Below are positions 1 to 24,744 of a stretch of 64,000 nucleotides of DNA, piece after piece. The notes beneath the pieces were generated by a model, which was not told where the DNA came from, did not search any database, and saw only the letters and a list, made by a program, of their open reading frames with translations. Where the stretch lies: the NCBI GenBank assembly GCA_033442325.1, contig JAWQFM010000013.1:612338-676337 (forward strand), written 5' to 3'. This stretch comes from Salpingoeca rosetta. Its lineage: Eukaryota; Protista; Choanoflagellata. The first letter of the stretch is position 1; each line of letters begins with the position of its first letter. A program made the position numbers and the translations under genes.

Positions 1-176
<176 letters not shown>

Positions 177-310
177 ACGTCATCGACTGAATTCAGTCTC
201 AGCACTGCGTGACGAGGATCCAGCACCCAAACAACAAGGTGACCAACCAACTCAATGTCCGTGACATGACTTGCTTCCCTTGTTGCCAACCACAACTCAT
301 GACGTATGCA
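177..310 (-). CDS. Possible internal exon of a minus-strand gene leaving the window
   Basis: tacag|TGC ATA CGT...GAT GAC|gtgatt reads CIRHELWLATREASHVTDIELVGHLVVWVLDPRHAVLRLNSVDD between microsatellite tracts; no consistent upstream exon found. Confidence 0.3.
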
Positions 311-667
311 CTGTATGCATGTCGCGTATCCATATGTGCGCGCATGTGTGTGTGTGTGTGTGTGTGTGTCGACGCATGTGTGTCTGCTCATATGTGTGTG
401 TGTGTGTCTGCATGGCCTGTGCTTGCCAATGCATTTATTCAAACGTGAAGATTGCCTCGCTCAGCTGCACACGACCATCCATCCCGGACACCAACCCTCA
501 ACAACAGCAGTGTTGTGTTGTTGCCCGCACCCACGCACACACAGGTCGGCGCGCCTCCGGACAACAAGTCCAGCTGCAGGAATTTCAAGCTAGGCAAACC
601 CCCTTGTCCTTGGCTGCACCAACGGCCCTTCTTCACGTCACACACACACACACATACAATAGCGAGG

Positions 668-1636
668 ATGCCAAAAGGCAAAGGAAAGAAGAAGGGGGCA
701 GAGTCAGCCGCTCCTGCCGTGCAAGGTTTGTGTCTGTGCGTGCGTACATGTGTTTTGAAGAAGAAGGGTTGGACATCAGTGTCTTTAGGTCACTGTCCTG
801 TGCTCACTTTCTCCAACTGACTCTATCTCCAACTCGACCGTTTTTCATCTTCATGCAATGCTTTGTGCACACGCGTTGACAACTTGCGCCGATACTGTCC
901 ACTCCCTCCATTCACCCACGTTTCGTATTGATGTTGGCGCACACCACAAACACCATGCTACGTGCTTGCAGAGCCGCCTAAGCTGTACATGTTTGGACTG
1001 GACGTGGGCTCCACGGCGCAGGGTGTGTTTCAGGTGGTGGATGGTCAAGTGACCCCCATCAGCCCCGCGGCGGTGAAGGGCCACTTCTTCGTGGGAGACT
1101 GCACGCCGGAAGGCAAGCGCGTGGGTCGCGGGCTGGAATGCTTCCCCAACGGCACCGTCTTCGACGGCGAGTTTGACGAGGAGAAGAGGAACGGGCACGG
1201 CACCATCACCTTCCCCGATGGCTCCAAGTACGAGGGCAACTTCCACCACGGCCTCTTCCACGGCCAGGGCATCCTGCGCACCGCCAGCGCGTGCTTCAGG
1301 GGAGAGTGGGAGAGCGGGTACCTCAATGGAACCGCAACCGTTGAGGAGAAGTCCGGCCTGCACTGCCAGGGCGAATTCCGCGATGGCCAGCGCAACGGCA
1401 TGTGCACTGTCACATATCCAAGCGGCTCGCGCTATGACGGCCACTGGCTCAACGACAAGAAGCACGGCCAGGGCACGCAGACATGGCCCAACGGCATGAC
1501 ATTTACGGGCGAATGGCACAGCGGCCAGCAGCACGGTGCAGGCACCCTCCGCCTCCCCTCTGGACGCGTCATTGCAGGCACGTGGGCAAACGGCAAGCTT
1601 GTCACAGATGACATGCGGCCCTCCACCGCCCAATAA
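668..1636 (+). CDS. MORN-repeat protein (2 exons: 668-725, 972-1636)
   Basis: MPKGKGKKKG... joined by a phase-1 GT-AG intron to an exon with about 7 MORN repeats (e.g. YEGNFHHGLFHGQG, YDGHWLNDKKHGQG); TAA at 1634-1636. Confidence 0.9.
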
Positions 1637-1789
1637 TACAGGAAGGTTGCTAATGACAGGTTGCTTGTGCTGCTGTTGCCGATGGTGTTGTGGACTGCTG
1701 ATGCTGCTGCTGCTGCTGATGCTGCTGATGGTGTCTGCAGCGAACACTCACCTGCGCCTGCGCTCAAGTCGCTGCCACTTTCCCCCAAG

Positions 1790-1790
1790 C

Positions 1791-1841
<51 letters not shown>

Positions 1842-1853
1842 AACAACAACAAC
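1790..1853. repeat. (CAA)n microsatellite in the MORN 3' region
   Basis: Direct reading. Confidence 0.9.
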
Positions 1854-2619
1854 ACCGAATCACGATGACCTCTTCCCTGACGTTGAGGACATTGGTTTTT
1901 TCTCCAGCGCTTTCGAATAACTGCATGCTCCCCCCCCCCTCTCCCTCTCTCTTACTTGTCTTTTGTGCTTTCAGCTCTTGATGCTTATTTGAATCTGAAA
2001 CCTTCGGCTCCTGTATGCTCGCTTCCTTGCTTTATCATCATTATATATCTGGGTTGCTTTGCCTTTGTCTTTGTTCCCTGCCGCTGTCCATTGCTTGCAC
2101 GTGTCCGATGCTTGCTTCTGCCACCCTTTGTTGCCGACTTGCTGTACACGCCATCAGGATCGCTTGTACATATACTCTGCTCGCATGTGCGCGTGCGTGT
2201 GTTTGTGTGTGTCTGCTTTGGTTTGCGTATGCTGCGTGTCTTGTGTGTCTGTGCATGATTCCGTTTGCGTCCTTGTCACGCATCGGTGGTTGACAGCACG
2301 GCATTCGCAGCTGCATCGTCACCTGCTGCTTCTGCTTCTTGTGTGATTCGATTACTTTGTAATTTAATGTGGTGGCTTTGGCCAAGAGAGCAGTCACGGT
2401 AACAAATTCTGCAGCAAGCAACCAGCGCACAACAAGCAAGACGATTGCCAATCCAGAGGTGTGTGTTTGTGTGGGGATGAAGCGCGAAAGCAGACAGGCT
2501 GTTGAGATCAGCAAATATGTAGCACATTGAACAAGGGCTCAACAACGAGCTCCTATTCACCGTGGAGATAAACTGTATCAAAGGACAAACCAGCAAAAAC
2601 ATGGTGCTTGTGGGTATGG

Positions 2620-3057
2620 TCATGATTGCTTGAGCTTGTGGCTGTCAGAGGAAGATGCCAGGGACGGCGCAGAGGAGACGCTGGTTCGCGCGCTGGAGAC
2701 CACTGCACCATCCTCCCCACCGACGACGGCATTGCCGTGTCCGTTGCCGTGCCCATTGCCGTGTCCGTTGCCGTGCTCGTTGCCGGGCATGGGAACCGTG
2801 CCGTGCACAAAGTCGCTGCCGCCTTCGCCAAACTGCGCCATAAACTCCGCCACTTGCTTCACAATAAAGTACAGCACCAGCAGCCCAACAAGTCCAACCA
2901 CGGCCACCTCGGCCCACGGCCGGTCTCCAGCGCGAATCCGCTCCATCACAGGGCCATTCGCAGCCCGCTTCCACTCCTCATCAAACCAAACAAACGGCCA
3001 CGGCCACGGCCCGCCGCCAGCACCGCGCACAACACCTCCACCGCCAGCCACCATCAT
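2620..3057 (-). CDS. Small single-pass membrane protein with (GHGN)n repeat, 145 aa
   Basis: Intronless ORF with hydrophobic segment VAVVGLVGLLVLYFIV and NEHGNGHGNGHGNGHGN; head-to-head with the BORCS7-like gene. Confidence 0.55.
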   Translation of the reverse strand: MMVAGGGGVVRGAGGGPWPWPFVWFDEEWKRAANGPVMERIRAGDRPWAEVAVVGLVGLLVLYFIVKQVAEFMAQFGEGGSDFVHGTVPMPGNEHGNGHGNGHGNGHGNAVVGGEDGAVVSSARTSVSSAPSLASSSDSHKLKQS

Positions 3058-3140
3058 GACGTCCTTTGCCTCTTCCTTGGCTGTTGGATGCTGAAAATTA
3101 AACCATATCTTCTACAATTCTTCCCAACTTCTTGAACAAG

Positions 3141-3173
3141 ATGGACGCGGTCGCCTTGTCGCAGGTACATGAC

Positions 3174-3227
<54 letters not shown>

Positions 3228-4011
3228 CTGATGCTGCGTGGAGGGACTCCACTGAGTCTAACGACGATCACCACTACCACCACCAATGCTGCTGCTGCCA
3301 CTGTTGTTTTTGAAACCACACCCCTCACCCGCTTGTGTTGCTCGCTTGTTTGCAGAAGGAGGCACGAGCACAAATCGAGTCGTTATGGACTGATGTCGAC
3401 AACCTGGTGCGAGGCATGACCAGAGGCCACGCCGGTTCAGATGTGAGGTTGACACGTTTGCGACTACAAGCACCCCACAAGCAGCTCTGCCGTCTCTCCA
3501 TCTCGCACCATCTCTTGCTTTCTCCAAGCACTCACTCACACTCACTCACACTCACACCCACACTCACCACAACCAAACACACACTCACTCACACTCACCA
3601 CACAACCAAACACACACTCACTCACACTCACCACACAACCAAACACACGCTCACTCTCACACTCACACTCAAAACCAAACACATGACACTCATGCACACA
3701 CGCCGCCCCCCCCCTTCCTCGACCTAAAGACCCTCAACAAGGCAATCCGCAACTTTGCTGTCCTGGACACCAAATTCCTCCACACCTTTGAAAGCATCAA
3801 CACAACGCAGGAACACCTCGAGTCAATACAAACATCGGTAGGCCACCTGTGTCACAGTGCAGCGGAGATGCTTGAAGCGGACCATATCCAAACATGCCCT
3901 CAACACCGTGGTTGTACTACACATGTTCTAACACTATCTCTGTTCTCCCGGCCATGCACGCAGCTGGAGACCATCACGACAGACATGGAGCAGGCCGTCA
4001 ACGACAAGTAG
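3141..4011 (+). CDS. BORCS7: BLOC-1-related complex subunit 7-like (exons 3141-3164, 3356-3442, 3730-3837, 3964-4011; 88 aa)
   Basis: All phase-0 GT-AG joins give MDAVALSQKEARAQIESLWTDVDNLVRGMTRGHAGSDTLNKAIRNFAVLDTKFLHTFESINTTQEHLESIQTSLETITTDMEQAVNDK, which resembles the BORCS7 core TDVxxLxxxxxxGSxxSExLxxAARN. Confidence 0.7.
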
Positions 4012-4533
4012 CGGCGACCCACATGCAAACTCGGATCTTTGCTCTCCTTCCCCCACTTTGTTATTATTTCTTCGTCATCTGCTCTTCATCAGAGCATCAC
4101 CGCTTCATCACCACATGGGCAAACCCACCCCCCCCCCGTCTGCTTCCCTTCGATCACCTGTTGTGAGATGTACTCAAACACGAGGCCCAGGCAACCACGG
4201 GATGGGCCAACATCGTGTGTCAAAAGAGAAGGTGGAATAAACACAATGAACATACAAGAAGCAAGCAAGCAACCAAGAACAAGAAGGGAGGAAGAGAGTT
4301 GTCAAAGCACATGGGCATACGCCACACCACCCCACCCCACATCGTCAGAACCATAAAAACCATTGCATGCATTGCAAGGAGAGAGAGATTGCAAGCAGCG
4401 TTCCGTCAAAACAAACCACCGCCATCGCATCAGGTCACAAGCACACTCGAATCAACACAGTTCCTTTGCTCCCGCTCCTTTGTCCCCACCTCTCCTCCCT
4501 TGGAAAGTGCTCCTTCATCCACCTTGACACACA

Positions 4534-4576
<43 letters not shown>

Positions 4577-4593
4577 CATCTTCTCGCTTGCGA

Positions 4594-7500
4594 CTACGCA
4601 ATGGGCTCTGCCTTGCCACCAGTCAGGCGCTTCTCTTCCAGGCCCGCGCCGCCGCCAGCAGCCGTCTCATGCAGGACCACCTTGGTCAAGTCAAACGTCG
4701 TCACATCAACCGTCTCGGAGAAGCGGAGCAGCAGCCGCAGCGGATAGCCAACCACGTCCTGCTCCAAGTCAAACCCGGTGAGGACGGGGGACGTCGTGTC
4801 CTCCACAAACGCAGCCGCACGCTCAGCAGCACCATCCACAATGGCAACAACGCTGTTACCAGCCATGTCCCGCACCGTGCTGCTGGTCAGCGTGATGTAT
4901 GAGTTCACAACCTGCGTTGCCACGCCATCAAGGCGCTTCAGCAGGTTCAGGTCGGCTGCATTCAGCAGCACGTGGATGGTGTGGTTGTTGCTGGACAGCA
5001 CAGACCCGCCACTGAGCGTCATCGCCGCAAGAGCCACGCCGTTCTCCCGATACGCAAGCGGGTTGTCCTGCAGACCGATGCCATGCACGTTGAGGCTTGA
5101 CGCGTTCACAATCTCACTGAAGACGAGCGTCAGGATGCCAATGTTCATGTTGAGCCGCCACGACGACAGCCGCGGGCGCACGCGATCAGGCACAAACGCG
5201 CCCACACCAACCGCAGGCCGCGCTGCGAGGGCGTTGCCAGCCATGTCGGTCACAAAGCCTGCCTCAAGCACAACCTGCGTCGTGGCCGCGCTCACCGCAA
5301 GCAATGCCTCAAGCTCAAGCTGCTCTAAGTCACGGCCGCCAATGCTCAGCTCAATCGTCGTTGCATTGGTCAAAGACGACACAATCGTTTCGGCGCTGAG
5401 ACGAACGGCCACGCCAGCGCCGTTCACAAGCACAGCCGCACTCGTGTTCACGGACGGAAGCATCACCACTTCAGAGAAGGTCAGCAACATCCGGTGCTGC
5501 GTCATGTCAAGATCAAACGACAGCACGCGTGGAGCTCGCGCATCAAGCACAACCGTGGTTGCCGTCAGGACGTCGGGCACAATTGCGTTGCCAAAGCCGT
5601 CCTCGGCAAAGTTGGCCTGCACAGACAGGTCGCATGGCGAACCAGATGTTGGTGTCGGTGCAGAGCACAGATTGTACAACACCTCCAGCGCTCGCACGGC
5701 CGTGACGGACAAGTTCACACGCGCCTCAAGCAACGACGTCGATCCAATGGCTGACGTGGACAGGTCAACGGAAGGGTATCCAACAAACGACAGCCCCCGC
5801 ATGTCAAAGGAGGATGCGTTGATGGTCTCTGAGAAGGTGAGGTGGAGGAGGTGGTTGTCCATGTCGAGCACAAAGGCCTGCAGGCGTGGCCGCGTGGCAT
5901 CCGGCACATACGCCGTCGCCTGCACAAGCCCGCCCCCGCACGGCACCGTCCCCTCCACAGCATTCCCGCTCATGTCAATAACAGCGCCGCCACGCAGCCC
6001 AACATACGTGCTGCCAACGCCGCGCACAAGCCCGCTCAGCGCACGCAGCTCGTTCAGGTCCCCCTCCGTCAGGTTCACCCGCACAACGGCAGACACCCGC
6101 GCCCACGCCACAGCAGATCCGCCAGCCAACCCGCTCACGCCATACACCACACCCCCGCTCACATTGTACCGCACATCCCCACCACCACCACCACCACCAC
6201 CACCACCACCACCACACTCCGCGCTGTACAGCATCACCCGGCTCGCAACAACACGCGTCACATCAAGCGTCTCGCTGAACGACAGCTCAAGCACGCCCGC
6301 ATCCATGTCGAGCCCAACACCCTCCAGCACCGGCGCCACATCGTCCGCCACAAACTGCGCCGGCGCCAGCAGCGTCCCCGCCGCCGCGCCTCGCGCCACA
6401 ACCGCGTTCCCTGCCATGTCCCGCACAAGCGTGCTCTCATACCCAACAAGGCACGTGCTCGCATCAGCACACAGGCCAGGCAGCGCGCGGATGGCGTTCG
6501 CATCGGCGCGTCCAACAACAACCACTACCTCCGTCCCGTTCTCAGTGCCGGTCGCAACGCCACTCACGCCGTCCTGCAGCCGGTACATCACCGCACTGGA
6601 GCTGTTGCTGCTGCTGCTGCTGCTGTGTTGCTGCCGTACAGCACAATGCTNNNNNNNNNNNNNNNNNNNNNNNNNNNNNNNNNNNNNNNNNNNNNNNNNN
6701 NNNNNNNNNNNNNNNNNNNNNNNNNNNNNNNNNNNNNNNNNNNNNNNNNNNNNNNNNNNNNNNNAACCCCGCGCGGTGGCGTCACGTTCCCGTGCAAACA
6801 CTCTCGGCTCAAGGTGCTCGCTCCGAGCAACACCAACGACTGCGTTCACAGCGTGGTTCGCAACAAGCGCGCTTCCCAAACGACAGCAGTGTCGTGCTGC
6901 GCTCCGTCGCAACGCCGTACCGCAGCTTCAGCGCCTCCATATCGGCCCGCCCAAGCGACACCACCTGCACGGGGCCGTCCCCAGACACCACCTCCGTCTC
7001 AGCCCAGCCAGCTCGGCCGGCACTGCTCGTCCCAAGCTGATACACCTCGTGCAAGCCAAGCCCACCAAGTGCACCAGCGCGCCCCTGCAGCACAACCTCC
7101 CCAGTGCTCAGGCTGCTGCTCTCAACCGTCTCGGAGAACCACAGCACAAGCCGCGCTGCGTCCATGTCAAGCGAGAACCGCTCAAGCACCGGCGCCGTCG
7201 CATCCGCCACAACACGGCCCGCCTGGACGGCGCTCTGCCCATTCACCGCAGCACGCACCCGCCGCCCAGCCATGTCAACGACAAGGTCTCGCTGAACGAC
7301 AGCTCAAGCACGCCCGCATCCATGTCGAGCCCAACACCCTCCAGCACCGGCGCCACATCGTCCGCCACAAACTGCGCCGGCGCCAGCAGCGTCCCCGCCG
7401 CCGCGCCTCGCGCCACAACCGCGTTCCCTGCCATGTCCCGCACAAGCGTGCTCTCATACCCAACAAGGCACGTGCTCGCATCAGCACACAGGCCAGGCAG

Positions 7501-7617
7501 CGCGCGGATGGCGTTCGCATCGGCGCGTCCAACAACAACCACTACCTCCGTCCCGTTCTCAGTGCCGGTCGCAACGCCACTCACGCCGTCCTGCAGCCGG
7601 TACATCACCGCACTGGA

Positions 7618-7652
<35 letters not shown>

Positions 7653-10600
7653 CGTACAGCACAATGCTGGACACGTTGAGCACACCGCCCACAACGGGCT
7701 CATCAAACGTCACATTGAGTGTCATGGTGCGACCAGCAACACCGTCGCTGTCAACGGCACCAGCGAGGTCAACCCGAACAGCAACCCCGCGCGGTGGCGT
7801 CACGTCCCCGCCAAACACGCTCGCCTCAACAGCGCTCGCTCCAGCAACACCAACAACCGCGTTCCCAGCGTGGTCCGCAACAAGCGCGCTGCCAAACGAC
7901 AGCAGCGTCGTGCTGCGCGCCGTCGCAACGCCGTACCGCAGCTTCAGCGCCTCCATATCGGCCCGCCCAAGCGACACCACCTGCACGGGGCCGTCCCCAG
8001 ACACCACCTCCGTCTCAGCCCAGCCAGCTCGGCCGGCACTGCTCGTCCCAAGCTGATACACCTCGTGCAAGCCAAGCCCACCAAGTGCACCAGCGCGCCC
8101 CTGCAGCACAACCTCCCCAGTGCTCAGGCTGCTGCTCTCAACCGTCTCGGAGAACCACAGCACAAGCCGCGCTGCGTCCATGTCAAGCGAGAACCGCTCA
8201 AGCACCGGCGCCGTCGCATCCGCCACAACACGGCCCGCCTGGACGGCGCTCTGCCCATTCACCGCAGCACGCACCCGCCGCCCAGCCATGTCAACGACAA
8301 GGTCCGACGTCGCCGTCAGCCACGTCGTCGCAACGCTCGACCCAATGCCCTTCACCTTGAGCGCGTCCATGTCGCCCCGCACCAGCTCAAGCACGAAGCC
8401 CAGCCCGTTGGTCTGTGTCAGCACCGTCGTGTTGCTGCTCAGGCGCTGCAGGTACGGGTTGCCCCACTCCGCGCTCGCATTGGCGCCAGCAGCATCAAGC
8501 ACAACCAGTGCCCCACGCTGCAGCGTCACGGCACTCACGTTCACACTGGCAACAGCAACAGGCTCGCTCATGTTCACCACAACCCGGCCCTGGTCCATGT
8601 CAAGCTCAACCCCGACAATGCGTGGCCGGATCTCGTCAGCAACAAAGTCAGCCGCCGCCAGCTCGCTCGTCTCAAGCGCATTGCCTGACATGTCCGACAC
8701 AAGCCCGCCCAGCGCATGCACCCACGCCGTGCTGGCGTTTGTCCACACACCAACAAGCAGCTGGATGGCCCGCAGATCAGCGCGCTCAATCACAACCTCA
8801 ACCTGCGTGCCGTCCATGCTCGTCGTCGAGCCACCGCCGAGCGCATGCCACTGCCCGCTGACGCCATACTGCCCGCTCCCGCTCACCGCACTCAGCAGCG
8901 TTGCATCCAACGCGCTCGCGTGCACGGGCTCGTCAAAGTTGAGCACCACCCGCGACGCATTCACGTCAATCACCGCCGCCGTCAGCTGCGGCGCAGCCGT
9001 GTCTGCGTAGAACGCGTACGTGCCCGCTGCGGCTGCCATAATACCACCCATGCTGACACCCGTGTTGCCGTTGCCATCACCCAGCGTGAGGTTGCGCACA
9101 GTGGTGCCGAGGCCGTTGGATGCCATGTCCAGCACGGCGTTGGTGCCAAGCCGCACGCCAACAACATCCTCGCTCGCGCCAATGCTGCTCACGGGGCCCA
9201 CGCCAAGCAGCGCCCGGTTTGCCTTGAGCGCGAGCACGTCGTCTGCTGCGAGCCGCACGACGATGCCCATGCTGCCGCGCTCGCCGTTGCCCGCGCCGCC
9301 AACAACCGCGCCGCCCTGCAGCGTGTACGCCGCTGGGCTGTAGATGCCACTGCTGTCCCCAGCAGCCCACACGCGCCGGCTCTCAAACGTGATCTTGCCG
9401 CTAATCTGCAGCGTACTTGCGTCCACGGGCTCGTCAAACCCAAGCGCAAGCGTCTCGCTCGTCATGTTCAGCACAGCAGACACAACCAGGGGCTGGCTCA
9501 CGTCGCCGCCGTATTGCTGCACCCGAACACCTGCACTGGCACCAGCACCAACAACGCCGAGTCCAACCATGTCCTCCGCCAGCGCGCTGTCCCAGCTCAG
9601 GTACGTCGTGGCTGCGCTCGAGGCAAGCGCCCGCACGGTGCGGATGGCATTCACGTCGCCAACGCTCAGCTGCACACGCACCGTCGTCGCGTTGCTGGCA
9701 GCCACCACGCGGCCGTCCACAATGCGGTGGTACAGCGGGCCCGCAGCGTCGCTCTCCCGCGTCACGTTGCTCTGCACCACGGCGCTGGACGCGTTCACGA
9801 GTGCGCCGCGCACGGGCTCGTCAAAGGATAGCACAAGCTCGCCGCTGTCCATGTCAAGGTCAAAGGCAACAAGCAGGGGCGCGCTGGCATCTGCCGTGTA
9901 CACGCTGCCGTCGGCGGCGGTTGCAGCGAGGCCAAGCGCGCTCGTGTGCGGCAGCCCAACGACGTCGTTGCCGGCCATGTCCTGTGCGGCGTGCGGGCTG
10001 GCGGCGAGGAAGGTTGTGGCTGCGTCTGTGGCCAGGAGGTGGCGCGCCTTGATGCGGTTGACATCTGCGACTGTGAGGGTGATGCGGGCCGTTGTGAGGG
10101 TGCCTGTTGGGTGCACGGCGCTGCCTGGGTCGAGGACGACGGCGACGTCGCTTGCTGCGAGGGCAATGTCGCCGGGGAAGGCCGTGGCTGCGACGGAGGC
10201 GTTGGAGGCGGAGAGGTCTGCCAGGGCCTGGATGGCGATGAGGCCCGGCTGGATGCTGGCCACGTCCACCGTCTCCGAGAAGGTGAGGGTGAGCGCCTCC
10301 GTCTCCATGTCCAGGGTGAACGCAACCACCTCGGGAGATGTCGCGTCAGCCGTGAAGGCTTGTGCACGAAGCTGCTGAGCTGCCACGCTTGGGTTGCCTG
10401 CCTGGTCTGCGACGAACCCTGAGACAGCTGTGATCTTGGTTGTTGTCTGGCTGGTACAGATGCTGGTCCGAGCCTTGATCTCGTTTGCATCGCGCGTCGT
10501 GAGTGTGACCGTGAGTGACGTCTTGTCAAGGTTGCTCTGTGCCGCCTGGCCAGTGAGCGTGTAGGACTGTCCGCCGTTGACGAACGTGATTCCCGTGACA

Positions 10601-12020
10601 TTGAAGCTGGCGTGGTCGACCACCTCGCTGAATTGCAGGTCAAGTTGCAGCGTGGTCATGCTGAGGTTGAATGCCACCAGTCGTGGGGGCACGGTGTCTT
10701 GGATGTACTGGCTTGCAGCAAGCGTCTGTGCTTGGCTGAAGGGGTTGTTCTGCGTGTCGTTGACGAGGCCCGGTGCTGCAGTGATGAACGTGGTTTCTGG
10801 TGACACCGCAAGTGTCTCGAGTTGGGCAACATGCACAGCGTCTGACGAAGCCAGCGCCCAAGTGATCTCGGTCTGCACGTCATTGTACCTGACAACGCGC
10901 CCTGAAGTCAGCGTGAGCGCCGTGGAGGCGTTGTTGTGCATGGTGATCTTGGTCGGGTCGAGGGTCTCCGGCACGACGGGCTCATCGAAGCTGAGGAGGA
11001 GGTGGCTGTTTGACGTGTTGAAGATGAACGACCGCAGCACAGGCGCCGTCGTGTCTGCAATGAAGGGTTGTGGCAGCAGCAGCTGGGACGGGTTGTCGAT
11101 GGCCTGCGTGTCCTTGACGAAGGCGGGTAGCAGGCGCAGCTGCGACTCTGTCGCCAAGTGTCCGACTCCGAGGTCCACCTTGAGCTCGTTCATGAGCTGC
11201 TCTGGCATTGCAACGGAAAGGGAGGATGTTGACGGGAAGGTCACCTGCCCTGCCAATGTGTGCTCCGTGGCTGCTGTTGCTGTGGACACAAACGCGGCTC
11301 GGGTGAGGTTGACTGTTGCCGTGTCAATGACCTCGGTGAAATTGAGGACAATCCTTGCTGCGTCCATGTCGAGCAGGAAGGCTGTGCACACGGGTGGCGT
11401 TGCGTCCGGGGTGAACGTGCTGACTGCGAGGGTCGCGTTGGGAGGGATTGCTTGCAAGTCGTTGCCTGCCATGTCCTTGGCTGCTGAAGCGGTGGCAACA
11501 AGGAAGCAATCTGCAGCAGTGTTGCAGACGTTTCGGGCCAACTGGAGCTCGCGCACGTTTCGTTCGTCGAGAACGAGGGTGTGCGTTGTTGAGTTGGCGT
11601 TGGTGTCTGCTGGAAAGGCGCCACGGAGTGGCACGGCCTGCTGTGGTTGTGCTTGGATGCCAGCCACGAGAGCCAGGTGCTCTGGATTCAGTCGAGCCGC
11701 GTGGATTGGCTCGGAGAAGGAGAGCGCGAGCACAATGTGTTGTGTTGACATGTTCAGGTCAAAGCGCCGCAGCTGTGGGGCCGTGACATCCTGGCGAAAT
11801 GCAAGGGGTTGCAGGCCTTGGACGCCGACGCTTTCTGGGTTTCCGCTGAGATCACGAATGGCGCCCGGTTCGATGTTGAGGAATGTGGATCCTTGACCCG
11901 TTGCGAGATTGTATTGTGCCTTGAGCGCGTTCAAGTCATCCTCGGACAGCTTCAGCGTTAGATTGGTTCCACTTGGTGTCGTCACGACCGTGCCATTGGT
12001 CAGTGAAACGGCGTGCGTTT
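4594..12020 (-). CDS. Giant tandem Ig-like beta-sandwich repeat protein (about 16 repeats of ~125-150 aa; SbsA/Big_5-like), apparently incomplete
   Basis: ORFs 7243-12330 and 4594-6912 share the repeat motif DxxxPxLxxFxLDMDxxxLxLxFSExV...DMAGN. They become one ~2100-aa frame once the ~1-kb duplicate is removed. Acceptor catag| at 12021, candidate donor at 4619. Confidence 0.8.
6269..8304. repeat. ~1016-bp tandem duplication spanning N-gap 6651-6764
   Basis: 6269-6650 matches 7286-~7668; 6765-7288 matches ~7783-8304. The left copy is degraded next to the gap; GTC microhomology at the junction. Confidence 0.9.
6651..6764. other. Assembly gap (others at 15223-15322, 48593-48692, 54999-55098)
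   Basis: Runs of N. Confidence 1.
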
Positions 12021-12079
12021 CTATGTGGGTGTGTGCGTGTGTTAGGTTTTGTGTGTGTGTGTGTGCGTGTGTGTGTGTG

Positions 12080-12129
<50 letters not shown>

Positions 12130-12607
12130 CGAGCAAGTTTGGACGAAAGTGTTTGGTGAGGGCAAAAGGGGTACGGGTGCTCCGTGTGTGTCAAATAGAA
12201 AAGGTGTCGAACGACGACAGTTGCGGGCGTTGCATGTGTGAGAGAAGTTGGTGTGCGAAGGCGCGGGTTTGTTCAAACACACGTACCAGTGACAATAAAC
12301 GTGATGAGGATGCAGCACGTGAGTGTGCACAGGAGAGTCGATGCCGTCATGGTATTTCTGAGTGACGGTGGCATCTTGATTGCTTGGGAAGGTGCCAGGT
12401 CACTGACCACTCGGGCGCGTACGCAAGTGCGAACGCCGATTCACCACTGACTGGTAAGACTGGTGGCAGGTCTGATGCCGTTGTTGTTTGATGCCGTTGT
12501 TGTTTGATGCCGTTGTTGTGTGTTGTGCAAATAGGGAGAGAGAAAGAAAGAAAGAGAGCAAATGCTTGAGCCTTGGTCCTTCGGTTGAAGGTGGCGGCAC
12601 TTGTTTG

Positions 12608-12661
<54 letters not shown>

Positions 12662-13474
12662 GATGAGTGGTGTTGTTTGGTGTTTGCTGTTTGTTGGGCC
12701 TGAGCGTTGCCGCCAAACCTTGTTGTGTTGTTTGTCGCCTTGCTTGGTTTGTATGTTTCCCCTTCGTGGGTGGTCAAGCGAGGGGTTGAGAGAAAAGTCG
12801 CAATATCTTCGTGAAGCAAGCACAAAGCCCTCTACGACAGCACGGAAGGACGATAAGGGTGGGGGAGACGTGTTGATGTTGTGTTTTGATGTTGTACCAC
12901 TTGCGCCCATGTCCCGTCGCGTCTAACGAGGCACAACTGCCTGATCTTTTCACCGTGAGACACGCGTCTGTGCACTGTGACTGAGAGAAAAGGGAGTAGT
13001 CGAACTGTGGGAAGGAGCGTTGTACAAGATACTTCAGGGCTGTACATGAGCGTTCGCCAGTACATCTGTTTTGCGTGTTTGTCTTGTTTTACATCCTCAA
13101 TTTGAGAGTTTACTTGCATTTTTGGTGGCCTTGAAAATAGCGGGAATCGTGGGTCTTTGCGTGGCGCACCAATCCGACGACACACAGTCACAGCCGCGGA
13201 GGCAAAGCTGGATCGGGCAGCACACAGAGGCACAAGAGACGGGAGAAGAAGGAACGAGCAGTCAAGAGGCAGTCAAAAAGCAAGGCAGCGTTCAGCCAAA
13301 GCGAGGAGGAACGAGGCCATCACCGTGAACGCGTGCGTGTGGGTGTGTGGGCTGTTGTTGAGAAACACTTGCGTCGGCAAAAGGGTGATTTGAGCGCACG
13401 GTCATCTACCTGGTGGGTGTGCGGGACTTGCGTAATCTTGGTGGACAATCCACACGCATCAACAACCCACAGCA

Positions 13475-24744
<11,270 letters not shown>

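Noticed and set aside
1637-1843. In-frame open stretch after the MORN stop (possible readthrough)
   Set aside because: TAA-T context and low-complexity, repeat-driven openness; no supporting signal.
4778-8688. Long + strand ORFs (1092 aa, 948 aa) and similar antisense ORFs to 11896
   Set aside because: Antisense shadows of the GC-rich minus-strand Ig-repeat gene; no protein motifs.
12340-13330. Possible 5' exons of the giant repeat gene or a TE remnant
   Set aside because: No signal peptide, repeat motif, TIR/LTR or convincing splice pattern found by eye.
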